A stretch of DNA of 56,572 nt. Source: Alphaproteobacteria bacterium. GTDB lineage: Bacteria > Pseudomonadota > Alphaproteobacteria > Rickettsiales > UBA1997. Below the pieces are notes generated by a model that worked only from the letters and a program-made list of their open reading frames with translations, ran no database searches and was not told where the DNA came from. The stretch is from NCBI GenBank assembly GCA_030835905.1, contig JAURQX010000055.1:1-56572 (forward strand). Reading direction: 5' to 3'. The position numbers and the translations under genes were made by a program. This document shows positions 28,897 through 39,875 of the stretch, in pieces. The stretch's first letter is position 1, and the number at the start of each line of letters is the position of its first letter.

Positions 28897-29768
28897 TAGA
28901 GCCATTTGGCTATGGGTGGAAGTGACATCAGTATCGCCTCACTATTACCGCCGGTCATCAGTCCAAATTTAGTACCACGATCATAAATCAAATTAAACTC
29001 TGCATACAAACCTCTTTTTTGAAACTGAAATTCCCTTTGCTCATCACCCCATTTTTTGAACATATTTTGGCGCACAATTTGCGGAAAAATACCTAAAAAA
29101 GCCAAACCAACATCTTTAGTAAAATTAAAATCATCATTAAAATTACCGCTATCTAGATAATCATAAAATATACCACCAACCCCTCGAGAACAATTGCGAT
29201 GCTTTATAAAAAAATATTCATCACACCATTTTTTGAACTTTTGATAATAATTTTCATCATATTTATCGCAGGCACCTTTAAAAGCTTGGTGGAAATTTTT
29301 AGTATCATTTTCATCTTCATAAATAGGGTTCAAATCAGCCCCACCGCCAAACCAGCTTTTAGTAGTACAAATAAATCTTGTATTCATATGAACCGCTGGC
29401 ACCAAGGGCGAACTCATATGCGCCACTAACGAAATGCCGCTTGCCCAAAATCTAGGATCTTGATCAGCGCCAGGTATTTGTTTACGAAATTCTTCACTAA
29501 ATTCGCCATAAACTTTTGAGAAATTAACACCAACTTTTTCAAAAACATTGCCATTCATCAAAGACATTTCACCATAACCACCATCTTGACCATCTTGATT
29601 TCTTTGCCAGTTTTTACGCTGAAATTTAGGCGATTGAATTTGTGGTTTCAATGGTTGTTGATCTGATTTTAAATATTCATTTTCAATTTTTTCAAATTCT
29701 TGGCAAATTTTATCACGCAAATTTACAAACCAAGAAGATGTTAGAACTTGTTTTTCTTGAATATTCAT
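28896..29768 (-). CDS. hemF: Oxygen-dependent coproporphyrinogen III oxidase
   Basis: FEKVGVNFS, AVHMNTR, WFGGGADL, RGVGGIFYD, EFNLIYDRGTKFGL. Confidence 0.96.
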   Translation of the reverse strand: MNIQEKQVLTSSWFVNLRDKICQEFEKIENEYLKSDQQPLKPQIQSPKFQRKNWQRNQDGQDGGYGEMSLMNGNVFEKVGVNFSKVYGEFSEEFRKQIPGADQDPRFWASGISLVAHMSSPLVPAVHMNTRFICTTKSWFGGGADLNPIYEDENDTKNFHQAFKGACDKYDENYYQKFKKWCDEYFFIKHRNCSRGVGGIFYDYLDSGNFNDDFNFTKDVGLAFLGIFPQIVRQNMFKKWGDEQREFQFQKRGLYAEFNLIYDRGTKFGLMTGGNSEAILMSLPPIAKWL

Positions 29769-29828
29769 TTTTTGTAAATTTTAATTGGATATTCTAAAAT
29801 ATTTTAAAATTAACCTTAAATAATTAAT

Positions 29829-31073
29829 ATGAATTTCAAGTCAAGCTTCTTAAACGAATTTTATCAAAGAGGTTTTTACGCCAATTGCACTCACCCAGAA
29901 ATTTTAGATGATATTTTTTGTAAGCAAAAAATTAAGACCTATATTGGCTTTGACTGTACAGCTCAATCACTTCACGCAGGTAGCCTTATTCAAATAATGA
30001 TTCTAAGATTACTTCAAAAACATAATCATCAGCCAATTATTTTACTTGGTGGGGGTACAACCAAAATTGGTGATCCTTCCGGTAAAGATTCAGCGCGCCA
30101 AATTCTTGACGACAAACAAATTCAACAAAACTTGAATGGTATTCAAAAAACCTTAGAAAATTTTTTAAATTTCAATTCAGCAAATAAAGCATTAATTGTT
30201 AATAATAATGACTGGCTAAGTCAGCTAAACTATATAGATTTTTTACGCCAAGTTGGTCGCCACTTTTCAATAAATCGTATGCTTAGCTTTGATTCAGTTA
30301 AGCTACGCATTGATCGCGAACAAAATCTATCGTTTCTTGAGTTTAACTATATGATTTTGCAAGCCTATGATTTTTATCAATTAAACCAGTCTCATAACTG
30401 CATTTTACAAATTGGTGGCTCAGATCAATGGGGTAATATTGTAAATGGAGTTGAGTTAACTCGAAAAATTAATTTTGAAAAAAACGACAAGAGTAATTTA
30501 AGAGAAGTTTTTGGCCTCACTACCCCACTTTTAACCCTAGCAAACGGGCAGAAAATGGGCAAATCAGCAGATGGAGCTATTTGGCTTGATAAAAATATGC
30601 TCGAACCTTTTGCTTATTTTCAATATTTTCGAAATATTGACGACAAGGATGTTGTAAAATTTCTAAAATTATTCACCGATTTAGATCTGGCAAAAATTGA
30701 TGAATTGTCAAAATTAAAAGATCAAGAAATCAACAAGGCCAAAGAAATTTTAGCCTTTGAAACTACTAAAATTTGTCACGGCTTAGATGAAGCCAACAAT
30801 TCTTTACAAAAAGCTCGAGAAATTTTTATCAATAAAAGCAGTGATCAATTTGTCTTAAAAGAAATCAAAATTGAAAATGGTAAAAAACTAACTGAAATAA
30901 TTCAAGCTTGTGAAGCTTGCGAATCACTTTCTCAAGCCAAAAAATTAATTCAAGGCAATGCTGTAAAAATTGATGACGCCTTAATTTTAGATATTAATTT
31001 GTCTTTTAATCAGCCAAAAACTTTTAACTTACAAGTTGGTAAGAAAAAATTCTTTAAAATAAATCTAATTTAA
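29829..31073 (+). CDS. tyrS: Tyrosine-tRNA ligase
   Basis: YIGFDCTA, HAGS (HIGH-like), GGSDQWGN, KMGKS, C-terminal S4 domain. Confidence 0.96.
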   Translation: MNFKSSFLNEFYQRGFYANCTHPEILDDIFCKQKIKTYIGFDCTAQSLHAGSLIQIMILRLLQKHNHQPIILLGGGTTKIGDPSGKDSARQILDDKQIQQNLNGIQKTLENFLNFNSANKALIVNNNDWLSQLNYIDFLRQVGRHFSINRMLSFDSVKLRIDREQNLSFLEFNYMILQAYDFYQLNQSHNCILQIGGSDQWGNIVNGVELTRKINFEKNDKSNLREVFGLTTPLLTLANGQKMGKSADGAIWLDKNMLEPFAYFQYFRNIDDKDVVKFLKLFTDLDLAKIDELSKLKDQEINKAKEILAFETTKICHGLDEANNSLQKAREIFINKSSDQFVLKEIKIENGKKLTEIIQACEACESLSQAKKLIQGNAVKIDDALILDINLSFNQPKTFNLQVGKKKFFKINLI

Positions 31074-31076
31074 ATC

Positions 31077-32051
31077 ATGGAAATAATCGCTATTGGTAAC
31101 GCTATCATGGATGTTTTATCGCAAATTGATGATGATTTTTTAAAACAAAAAAATTTAAGCAAAGGCTCTATGTCTTTGATCAATGAAGAAATGGCTAGAA
31201 ATTTGGCACAAATTGGCTCTACTAAAATAGACTGTGGTGGCTCAGCAGCCAACACTATAACTGCAATTTCACAACTTGGAATTGATTGCGGCTTTCTTGG
31301 AAAAGTATGTAATGATAAATTTGGTAATGAATTTGTTAGAAAAATCAGAAATACCAATGCCAAATTCTTAGGTAATAATTACCATCAAGATCCTACCGCA
31401 AAATCTTTTATTTTAGTAACTCCAGATGCGCAAAGGACAATGTGTACCTATCTTGGCTGTGCCCCATATATTGACGATAATGATATTGATCAAGAGTATT
31501 TTGAAAATGCTAAAATTCTTTATCTTGAAGGCTATCTTTGGGACAAGGTTGAAACTATTCACGCACTCAAAAAAGCCATTAGATATGCCAAAAAACATTC
31601 GGTTAAAATTGCCTTTTCAACCTCCGACTCATTTTGCGTAGATCGCAATAAGGCAGATTTCTCAAATCTAATTAAAAACGATCTAGAGATATTATTTACC
31701 AATGAATCTGAATTTTTATCACTCTCAAACAATAAAGAATATAGCGACAAAAGCGCATTAACATTTTTTAATCAATATCCCAAGCTTACAGCCATTATTA
31801 CTAGGAGCGAAAATGGTTGCACAGTAGTTAAAAATGGCATAATAACTAAAAAACCAGCTTGTCACATAGTAAATCTTGTTGATACAACTGGCGCTGGTGA
31901 CGCTTTTGCTGCTGGATTCCTATTCAAAATTATAAAAGGGGATTCTATTGAAGAAGCAGCTGATTTTGGAAATATGTTAGCAGCAACTATAATTCAAAAA
32001 TTTGGTGCCAGATTTGATATTAAAGAAATCAGAAGATTGAGCGATTTTTAA
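31077..32051 (+). CDS. PfkB-family (adenosine kinase-like) kinase
   Basis: IGNAIMD, GGSAANT, RTMCTYLG, DTTGAGDAFAAG. Confidence 0.9.
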   Translation: MEIIAIGNAIMDVLSQIDDDFLKQKNLSKGSMSLINEEMARNLAQIGSTKIDCGGSAANTITAISQLGIDCGFLGKVCNDKFGNEFVRKIRNTNAKFLGNNYHQDPTAKSFILVTPDAQRTMCTYLGCAPYIDDNDIDQEYFENAKILYLEGYLWDKVETIHALKKAIRYAKKHSVKIAFSTSDSFCVDRNKADFSNLIKNDLEILFTNESEFLSLSNNKEYSDKSALTFFNQYPKLTAIITRSENGCTVVKNGIITKKPACHIVNLVDTTGAGDAFAAGFLFKIIKGDSIEEAADFGNMLAATIIQKFGARFDIKEIRRLSDF

Positions 32052-32132
32052 CCCGCACAATTTAAGCCATGTATTTTTGGTGCCTGCAAAAAGGTATTAA
32101 TAGGTTTTTTTGATTAAATATACTTACGAAAG

Positions 32133-32210
32133 TGGTCGGGGCGGAGAGATTTGAACTCCCGACCCTCTGGTCCCAAACCAGATGCGCTAGCCAGACTGCG
32201 CTACGCCCCG
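32133..32210 (-). tRNA. tRNA-Pro (TGG)
   Basis: CGGGGCGTAGCGCAGTCTGG...TCTGG-TT TGG GA-CCAGA...GTTCAAATC...CGCCCCGACCA; full cloverleaf with encoded CCA. Confidence 0.97.
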
Positions 32211-32376
32211 AAAACAAAAAAGAAGAATAAAAGATATAATCGATCAAAATAGCTTGCAATCTTGGCCAAATTAATTGACATTTAGACAATTTAACAAGAA
32301 TCTCAAATCGATTTGGTTTTTGGCTAAAATTAGATTATATGCTAAATCAAATATAAACCCACTCAAAAAGTCAACT

Positions 32377-32652
32377 ATGAAAAAAAGATTTTTAATTTTT
32401 ATTTTCATTTCTTTATTTTTTTTTAGCAAAACCTCTCTTGCGTGGGATGGTTATGATTTTGAAAATGACGAACCAGTTGAAATTGGCCCAGGAAACTTAG
32501 TTCGCGAAGGTTTGGTTATTGAATATCTTGACGTTAATTCAGGCGACTATCACCAAGTAAAAGTTTTAGAAATGAACTCACTTGGCAACGAAACTGAATT
32601 AACAGTCGAAGATTTTGAAGACAAAAGCACTAGAACTTTTATTATGGAATAA
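32377..32652 (+). CDS. Small exported protein, DUF5334-like
   Basis: MKKR signal peptide ending SLA-WDGYD; acidic mature part; ATG at 32377 preferred. Confidence 0.65.
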   Translation: MKKRFLIFIFISLFFFSKTSLAWDGYDFENDEPVEIGPGNLVREGLVIEYLDVNSGDYHQVKVLEMNSLGNETELTVEDFEDKSTRTFIME

Positions 32653-32662
32653 AAATTGATTT

Positions 32663-33547
32663 ATGAAAGGAATAATTCTTGCTGGTGGTTCTGGTACTAG
32701 ACTGGCGCCACTAACCAATGTAATGAGTAAACAACTTTTACCAGTTTACGATAAACCAATGATTTGCTACCCATTGGCAACATTGATGAGTATTGGCATT
32801 AGGCAGATTTTGATTATTGCCAAATCTGATGATTTGATAAATATCAAAAAATTTCTTGGCAATGGTCGCGATCTTGGCATTAGACTAAGCTACGCCGTGC
32901 AAGACGAGCCAAAAGGAATTGCCGATGCATTTATAATTGGTGAAAAATTCATCGGCAAAAGTGATGTTTGCTTGGTTTTAGGCGATAATATTTTTTACGG
33001 CTCTGAAGTTGGCGTTGATTCAATGCAAGGCAAGTTTGAATTGATGAATAAAAAAGAAATTGATGCTTTTATTTTCGCCTATCATGTTTCAGATCCTGAA
33101 AGATATGGCGTAGTTGAATTTAACAATGAAAATCAAGAAAAAGCCATTAGCATTGAAGAAAAACCAAAAAAACCCAAATCAAATTGGGCAGTTACTGGAC
33201 TTTATATTTACTCCAATAATGTGATTGAAATTGCAAAAAATCTGAAACCTTCAGCTAGAGGAGAATTAGAAATAACTGATATTAACAATGTTTATCTTAA
33301 AAGAGATAAATTAGGGGTTATCACTTTCAAAAGAGGATTTGCTTGGCTTGATGCTGGAACGCCAGACTCACTTCTTGACTCAGCACATTTTATTCAAACC
33401 ATTGAAAAGCGCCAAGGTCTAAAAATTGCCTGCCTTGAAGAAATTGCCTACAGAAAAGGCTTTATTTCTAAAGAAAAACTAATTGAAATATCAAAAAAAT
33501 ATAAGGAAGGCTCTGCTTATAGAAAGTATTTGGATTTAATTAGATGA
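32663..33547 (+). CDS. rfbA: Glucose-1-phosphate thymidylyltransferase
   Basis: [45 protein letters not shown]. Confidence 0.97.
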   Translation: MKGIILAGGSGTRLAPLTNVMSKQLLPVYDKPMICYPLATLMSIGIRQILIIAKSDDLINIKKFLGNGRDLGIRLSYAVQDEPKGIADAFIIGEKFIGKSDVCLVLGDNIFYGSEVGVDSMQGKFELMNKKEIDAFIFAYHVSDPERYGVVEFNNENQEKAISIEEKPKKPKSNWAVTGLYIYSNNVIEIAKNLKPSARGELEITDINNVYLKRDKLGVITFKRGFAWLDAGTPDSLLDSAHFIQTIEKRQGLKIACLEEIAYRKGFISKEKLIEISKKYKEGSAYRKYLDLIR

Positions 33548-34647
33548 TTCAGTTTTTAGATCTCAAAACAATCAATCAAAAATATAAAGCTGAGTTGCAA
33601 GAAGCAATTACTAAAGTCGTTGACTCGGGCTGGTATATTTTAGGATCAGAGGTTGAAAAATTCGAGGCTGAGTTTGCCAATTATTGTGAAGTTAAGCATT
33701 GCATCGGCGTGGCTAATGGCCTTGATGCATTAATCTTAATTCTTGAGGGCTATAAAAAATTAGGCATTTTTCAAGATTTTGATGAGGTGATAGTGCAAGC
33801 AAATACCTACATCGCATCAATTTTGGCCATCAGCAAAGCTAATTTAACACCAATTTTAGTCGAACCAGATATTGCAACTTACAACATCAATCCAGATTTA
33901 ATTGAAGCCAAAATCACCAAAAAAACCAAAGCCATTATGCCAGTGCATTTATATGGTAGGGCTTGTGATATGGCAAAAATTTGGGAGTTGGCCAAAAAAT
34001 ATAATCTGAAAATTATCGAAGACAGCGCACAAGCACAAGGTGCGATTTATCAAAATAAAAAAACTGGCAATTTAGGCGATGCTTCGGGCTTTAGTTTTTA
34101 TCCTGGAAAAAACTTAGGTGCATTGGGTGACGCCGGCGCAGTAATAACAAATGATAAAGATTTAGCAAAAACTGTTAGAATTCTAAGAAATTATGGCTCT
34201 GAAAAAAAATACCACAATCTATATCAAGGCTTTAACTCGAGATTAGACGAAATTCAGGCGGCCATTTTATCAGTTAAATTGAAATATCTTGATGAAGAAA
34301 ATCAGCAAAGAAGAGAAATCGCCAAAATTTATGATAATTTGCTTAATAATGATAAAATAATTAAGCCGAATTACCCCCACCAAGATGAAAAAAATCATGT
34401 TTGGCATCTTTACACAATTCGCTGTCAAAAAAGAGATGAATTACAAAATTATTTAACCCAAAATCAAATCCAAACCGTTATTCACTACCCTATTGCACCA
34501 CATAAACAAGAAGCTTATAGTGAGATAAAAAATCTAAAACTTCCAATCACCGAAAAAATCCATCAAGAAATAATTAGTTTGCCGATTTATCCAAATCTAA
34601 ACAAAGATTCGGTTACTTTAGTGAGTGAAATAATTAATAAATTTTAA
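33544..34647 (+). CDS. DegT/DnrJ-family sugar aminotransferase (FdtB/QdtB-like)
   Basis: [43 protein letters not shown]. Confidence 0.92.
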   Translation: MIQFLDLKTINQKYKAELQEAITKVVDSGWYILGSEVEKFEAEFANYCEVKHCIGVANGLDALILILEGYKKLGIFQDFDEVIVQANTYIASILAISKANLTPILVEPDIATYNINPDLIEAKITKKTKAIMPVHLYGRACDMAKIWELAKKYNLKIIEDSAQAQGAIYQNKKTGNLGDASGFSFYPGKNLGALGDAGAVITNDKDLAKTVRILRNYGSEKKYHNLYQGFNSRLDEIQAAILSVKLKYLDEENQQRREIAKIYDNLLNNDKIIKPNYPHQDEKNHVWHLYTIRCQKRDELQNYLTQNQIQTVIHYPIAPHKQEAYSEIKNLKLPITEKIHQEIISLPIYPNLNKDSVTLVSEIINKF

Positions 34648-34658
34648 TATTTTTTAAA

Positions 34659-35576
34659 GTGGCTAAAGAACTAACCATAATAATTTTAACTTATAATAGC
34701 TCTCATATCATTAAAAATTGCTTAGAGTCTTTTGATTGCAAAAAATATGATGTTGTGATTGTTGATAATGCCAGCAGTGACAATACAATAGCTTTTGTCA
34801 CAAGAAGCTTTCCTCAAGTTAAAATTATCAGCAATAAAGTTAATGCTGGATTTGGAAGAGGTAATAATGTTGCCTTAAGGGATATTAAAACCAAATATTC
34901 ACTGATTTTAAATCCTGACGCTCTAATAAGCGATCAAGATATTGAAAAAGTTATAAATCAATTAGATAATAATCCAAAAGCAGCAATTGCAGGCCCTGTT
35001 GTTTTAGAAAATTGTATAAGAGACCAATCTGAAATTGGTCAAAAACTTCAAGATATCCAAAAAGATTTACTTGGCACAAAAGATAATTTTCGCAAAAAGC
35101 TAAGCAAAACCTGTTATGAGGTACGTTTTATTATCGGTTGCGCCATGTTTCTTAAAATGGACTTAATGAAAAAAGTAGGTTTTTTTGATGAAAATTTTTT
35201 TATGTTTTACGAGGACGATGAGATTTGCAAAAGAGTAAATGATTTTGGTTTTTTTAATATTATTATTTCTGATGCATTTGCTTATCATGCAGGTGGAAAA
35301 TCTTCAAAAAATACTGCAAATTTTTGGTCAGTTTATAAAAAAAGTTGGCATATTAATGCTTGGTCCAAATTTTATTGGAAAAAAGTTCGAAAAGGCTGGT
35401 TTAGAGCAAAAAGATCTTCATTTAAATTTTGTTTTAAATATTTAATTTTAAGTCTACATTCTTTGGTGTTTTTTAATAAGGATAATCTAGCTAATAATCT
35501 TGGCGCTTTAAGCGGATCTTTTGCTTATTTTGTTGGACTTAAAGCCTTTAAGAAAAATGGTCAACCAAGAGGGTAA
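34659..35576 (+). CDS. GT2 glycosyltransferase (rhamnosyltransferase-like)
   Basis: VDNASSD, NAGFGRGNN, LNPD, FDENFFMFYEDDE. Confidence 0.88.
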   Translation: MAKELTIIILTYNSSHIIKNCLESFDCKKYDVVIVDNASSDNTIAFVTRSFPQVKIISNKVNAGFGRGNNVALRDIKTKYSLILNPDALISDQDIEKVINQLDNNPKAAIAGPVVLENCIRDQSEIGQKLQDIQKDLLGTKDNFRKKLSKTCYEVRFIIGCAMFLKMDLMKKVGFFDENFFMFYEDDEICKRVNDFGFFNIIISDAFAYHAGGKSSKNTANFWSVYKKSWHINAWSKFYWKKVRKGWFRAKRSSFKFCFKYLILSLHSLVFFNKDNLANNLGALSGSFAYFVGLKAFKKNGQPRG

Positions 35577-35586
35577 TGATTAACTA

Positions 35587-36441
35587 ATGATACAGCAAAA
35601 TAGTAAAAATATATTAGTTTTTGGCAAAAGCGGGCAAGTTGGCAATGCTCTTTGTTGTGAAATATCTAAAAATCATAATTTTGAATTACAATCTTATGGT
35701 AGCAAAGATGTTGACTTCTCTAATCTTAAAAATTTAACAAATTTTTTAAAAAATCTTAATAAAAAACCTAGTATTATTATTAACGCTGTAGCTTATACAA
35801 ATGTCGACAAGGCTGAAGATGAAAAAGAATTAGCAGATATTATAAATCATCAAGCAGTAGCTATAATTGCTAATTTTTGCAAAGAAAATAATATCTTACT
35901 AATTCACTATTCAACTGATTATGTTTTTGACGGGTCGGGAGATAAGCCTTTTAGCGCAGATAACACCAAAAATCTAAACCCAATTAATCATTATGGCAAA
36001 ACAAAACTTGCCGGCGAAAAAGCAATAATAAACTTAGATTGCGATTATTTAATTATTAGAACATCTTGGGTTTATGATGACCGCCCAACCAGCAAAAACT
36101 TTGTAAATACCATTAAAAAACTTGCACAAGAAAAAGAGGAGCTAAAAATAGTTGATGATCAAATCGGTAGTCCAACCTCAGCTAAATTTATTGCCAGAAA
36201 AACCATAGAATTAATATTTAAATTGACTGAAAACAATCTGACTCAAGAAAATAGTCAGGTTAGAAAAATTTTACACTGTATTGAAGAAGATTATATGTCG
36301 TGGTATGATTTTGCAAAAAAAATTTTAAATAATATCAAAAACCCCAAAACAAAAAAAATAACCACTATCAATTCCGAAGAATATCTTTTTAAAGCATCTA
36401 GACCAAAAAATTCAAGACTCGTTCCTAAAATTAATTTTTAA
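35587..36441 (+). CDS. rfbD: dTDP-4-dehydrorhamnose reductase
   Basis: GKSGQVG, AYTNVDKAE, STDYVFDG, YGKTK, DQIGSPT. Confidence 0.94.
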   Translation: MIQQNSKNILVFGKSGQVGNALCCEISKNHNFELQSYGSKDVDFSNLKNLTNFLKNLNKKPSIIINAVAYTNVDKAEDEKELADIINHQAVAIIANFCKENNILLIHYSTDYVFDGSGDKPFSADNTKNLNPINHYGKTKLAGEKAIINLDCDYLIIRTSWVYDDRPTSKNFVNTIKKLAQEKEELKIVDDQIGSPTSAKFIARKTIELIFKLTENNLTQENSQVRKILHCIEEDYMSWYDFAKKILNNIKNPKTKKITTINSEEYLFKASRPKNSRLVPKINF

Positions 36442-36446
36442 AAACC

Positions 36447-37655
36447 TTGAAAAGATTAGCTATTTTTGCCCATTTTGATAAAGATGAAATAATTGACGAT
36501 TATGTAATTGATTATATTAAAGAACTCAAAAAATATTGTGAGATAATATTTGTCTCAGACAATAATCTTGGTGATTACGAACTTAAAAAAATTAAAGAGT
36601 ATTGTCTTGATATTATCTCTTGTAAACATGGTGAATATGACTTTGGCTCATATAAAAGAGGCTTTGAACTAATTCAAAAAAAATACCCAAGTAAATTTGA
36701 TGAGATAGATGAATTATTGCTAGTAAATGACTCTTGTTATTTAGTAAGAAGCTTGGAAAAGATTTTTTTTGATATGGAAAAAGTTAACGTTGATTATTGG
36801 GGACTAACTGATGATTACGATCATTTTGAAGAAGACTACAAATACTATATTGGATCGTACTTTATTTCCTTAAGAAAATCAGTATTCACTAGCAACATTT
36901 TTAAATCTTTTATTTTAGGAGTTGAAAAGTGTCAAAATCACGATCAAATTGTTCTTAAATATGAAATAGGGCTATCATACCTACTGAACAAAAACAATAA
37001 AAAGGGGTTATGTTACTTCAGCAGAGAAAATATAGCAACATATATGGCAAAAAACCATATCACTTTATATCTAGAAATTAGAAAAATTCTTACACAATCA
37101 ACAAGCTTATCACAACGATATATTAACACTTACTTGCAAAAAATATTTAACATAACAACAATTAATTATCTTCATTCAGATAAATTATATTTTCTTTTTA
37201 AACAGGACTTTCCTTTATTAAAAAGAAGAGTGGTAAACAAAAACTTTTTTGAAGAAAATCATCTGTTAAGTTTATGGAAAGATGTGATAATAAGCAAAAA
37301 TACAAAATTAATTAATCAAATTAAAGATAATTGCACTAGAATTGGAGTAGATTTAAAAAATAAGAGTGATATTAAGAAAAAGAATCATTATCAAATTTGT
37401 CTTACACTGTTTAATGAAAAATTTCCCTTAATTAAAATCAGAAATGAAAAATTTCCCTTAATTAAAATCAGAAATGAAAAATTTCCCTTAATTAAAATCA
37501 TAAAATATTACAAAAATGATGCAACCGTTAAATCCTTCAGGTTTTTCATTTTTGGATTAAAAATATATAAACAAAAATTCTCTTTCTATATTTTTGGGAT
37601 TAGAGTTTTTAAGGTTTTTAGGTCTAAATTCAACACTTATAATAAGAATGGGTAA
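36447..37655 (+). CDS. Rhamnan synthesis F (RgpF)-like protein
   Basis: KRLAIFAHFD...IDDYV, YDFGSYKRG, LVNDS, YWGLT, KYEIGLS, FPLLK. Confidence 0.8.
   Translation: MKRLAIFAHFDKDEIIDDYVIDYIKELKKYCEIIFVSDNNLGDYELKKIKEYCLDIISCKHGEYDFGSYKRGFELIQKKYPSKFDEIDELLLVNDSCYLVRSLEKIFFDMEKVNVDYWGLTDDYDHFEEDYKYYIGSYFISLRKSVFTSNIFKSFILGVEKCQNHDQIVLKYEIGLSYLLNKNNKKGLCYFSRENIATYMAKNHITLYLEIRKILTQSTSLSQRYINTYLQKIFNITTINYLHSDKLYFLFKQDFPLLKRRVVNKNFFEENHLLSLWKDVIISKNTKLINQIKDNCTRIGVDLKNKSDIKKKNHYQICLTLFNEKFPLIKIRNEKFPLIKIRNEKFPLIKIIKYYKNDATVKSFRFFIFGLKIYKQKFSFYIFGIRVFKVFRSKFNTYNKNG
37413..37500 (+). repeat. In-frame 30-bp tandem repeat x3 (NEKFPLIKIR)
   Basis: AATGAAAAATTTCCCTTAATTAAAATCA(GA) three times in exact tandem. 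Confidence 0.95.
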
Positions 37656-37682
37656 GAGTAAATTAAACATTTGTCGTTTTAA

Positions 37683-38825
37683 ATGAATAAAAATAGCAAT
37701 AACAATCCTCTAGTCACGGTAATTATAAGTGCTTATAACCATGAAAAATATATAGGGCATACAATTAACAGCATATTAAATCAGACATTAAAAGATTTCA
37801 AAATAATAATAATTGATGATTTTTCTCAAGATGATACATATAATGTTGCGCTTAGTTTTTCAAAAAATAACAATAAAATAACAGTATATCGAAATAAAGA
37901 AAACCTTGGACCATCAGCAAATCTTAATAAAGCAATTAGCATCTCAAATTCAAAATATATTTCTCTTATTGCATCGGACGACATAATGAAAGAAGATAAG
38001 CTTGAAAAACAATGCTCCTTTCTAGATATCAATATGAATTATTCAGCAGTTTTTTCAAAAATTGAGACTATTGATGAAAACAACAATTCGATAAGACACC
38101 CTTCGGAAAAATTATTTAACAAAAAATATGAATCTAGCAATAAAATTCTAAATTATTTTTTTTATAATGGCAACTTTATAAATGCATGTACTGTAACAAT
38201 TAGAAGAAGTAGTCTCGAGTCTGTTTTGCCATATAAAAATACCTCTCTTCAATTGCAAGACTTTGATATTTGGATAAGGCTACTTTTAAAAAGAAAAGAA
38301 ATTTTTTGCTTAGAAGAAAAATTAGTGCAGTACAGAATATGCAATAATTTAAGCGAGATAGGAGTAGAAAATGGAAGTTTTGAGATGCGTTCAAGAATGA
38401 TATTTGAGTATAGAGATGTTTTGAGAAATTATTTAAAGATAAATAATCTAGAATATTTTAAATCAATATTTCCTGATTTTAGATATGCTAATGAGCATAT
38501 AGATAAAAGATTAATTAAGTTTTATATTGCCATAGAATCATACAAGGTTTTTAAACAAAATAATTTCATTCCTTATTACATCTTTGCCTATGAAACTCTA
38601 ACGGAGATTATGAATGACGACAAATTGCGTCTATTAGCGAACAAAAAGCACAACTTTAAAATGTCTGATTTTTTTAAAATAGCAAATAACAATCCCGTTT
38701 TAAAAAATAACATCAGCAACCAAAGCTTGGAAATAAAAGCCACAACAAAAAAAAAGAGCTTTATAAAAAAATTTAAAAAGAGTATTTTAAAAAGATTATC
38801 CAAAGCAAAATGTATAAAATTATAA
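37683..38825 (+). CDS. GT2 glycosyltransferase
   Basis: AYNHEKYI, IDDFSQD, ASDD, QDFDIWIRL. Confidence 0.9.
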   Translation: MNKNSNNNPLVTVIISAYNHEKYIGHTINSILNQTLKDFKIIIIDDFSQDDTYNVALSFSKNNNKITVYRNKENLGPSANLNKAISISNSKYISLIASDDIMKEDKLEKQCSFLDINMNYSAVFSKIETIDENNNSIRHPSEKLFNKKYESSNKILNYFFYNGNFINACTVTIRRSSLESVLPYKNTSLQLQDFDIWIRLLLKRKEIFCLEEKLVQYRICNNLSEIGVENGSFEMRSRMIFEYRDVLRNYLKINNLEYFKSIFPDFRYANEHIDKRLIKFYIAIESYKVFKQNNFIPYYIFAYETLTEIMNDDKLRLLANKKHNFKMSDFFKIANNNPVLKNNISNQSLEIKATTKKKSFIKKFKKSILKRLSKAKCIKL

Positions 38826-39211
38826 ACTTTGATATAAAAGGCGACGATAGAGGGTCTCTTATTTCGATTGAACAAAAAAAAAATTTACCATTTGATATAA
38901 AAAGGGTTTACTATATTTTTAAGTCAAGTGGTAATGTAAGAAGGGGGATGCACGCTCACAAAAAACTTAAACAATTATTAGTTGCAGTTAATGGAAGTTG
39001 TAAGCTAGTTATTGAAAATGGAATTTTCAAAGAATGTTTATTGCTAGACTCTCCTAGCAAAGGTATTTACATAGAAGAGATAGTTTGGAGAGAGATTTAT
39101 GACTTTTCTGATGATTGTGTTTTGATGGTTTTGACTGATGATTATTATAATGAAGATGACTACATAAGAAATTACGAAGAATTTAAAAGATATGTCAATG
39201 CAAAAAAATAA
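38810..39211 (+). CDS. dTDP-4-keto-6-deoxyglucose 3,4-ketoisomerase (FdtA/QdtA cupin)
   Basis: DDRGSL, PFDIKRVYY, RGMHAHK, DYIRNYEEF. Confidence 0.92.
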   Translation: MYKIINFDIKGDDRGSLISIEQKKNLPFDIKRVYYIFKSSGNVRRGMHAHKKLKQLLVAVNGSCKLVIENGIFKECLLLDSPSKGIYIEEIVWREIYDFSDDCVLMVLTDDYYNEDDYIRNYEEFKRYVNAKK

Positions 39212-39875
39212 AAAACTAATAATTGTAGGAGCCGGAGAAACAGCGGAGATTGCATGCGAATATTTCACTTACGATTCAGAGTTTAAGGTAGAGTGCTTTG
39301 CTGTGCACAAAAAATATAATGATAAAAAAAATTTTTGCTCTTTACCTGTAGAGAATTTTGAAGAAATAGAAAAAAAGTATAGCATTGAAGATTATTATGT
39401 TTTTGTTGCTATCGCAAGTGACAAGCTAAACCGAGTTCGAGCATCATTATATTTAGAAGCTAAAAATAAAGGATATAAAATTGCAACATATGTTAGCTCA
39501 AAATCTTTTATCTGGAGAAATGCTAAAGTTGGTGAAAATTGCTTTATTTTTGAAAATAACACAATTCAGAGCAATGTAGAGATTGGTAATAACGTTACCT
39601 TATGGAGCGGTAATCACATAGGACACAGAACAAAAATTAAAGATAACTGCTTTATTTCATCTCATGTTGTAATTTCTGGATTCTGTGAAATTGGAGAAAA
39701 TACATTTATGGGAGTTAATTCATGCGTTGCCGATAATATAAAAATAGCTAAAGACAATTTTATCGCGATGGGTGCTGTAGTAACCAAAAATACCGAGGAA
39801 AACTCGATTTACAAAGGAAGTCCAGCAGCAAGAAGAGAAGTAGAAGCTTTAAATTATTTTGTTAACAAAAAGTAA
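39192..39875 (+). CDS. Hexapeptide-repeat sugar acyltransferase (PglD/NeuD-like)
   Basis: N-terminal IIVGAG Rossmann-like domain, WSGNHIGH, left-handed beta-helix repeats. Confidence 0.88.
   Translation: MSMQKNKKLIIVGAGETAEIACEYFTYDSEFKVECFAVHKKYNDKKNFCSLPVENFEEIEKKYSIEDYYVFVAIASDKLNRVRASLYLEAKNKGYKIATYVSSKSFIWRNAKVGENCFIFENNTIQSNVEIGNNVTLWSGNHIGHRTKIKDNCFISSHVVISGFCEIGENTFMGVNSCVADNIKIAKDNFIAMGAVVTKNTEENSIYKGSPAARREVEALNYFVNKK

Noticed and set aside
32062-32289. 75-aa minus-strand ORF
   Set aside because: It is a translation through tRNA-Pro
37413-37500. 30-bp repeats as a CRISPR array
   Set aside because: No spacers; in-frame tandem repeat inside a CDS
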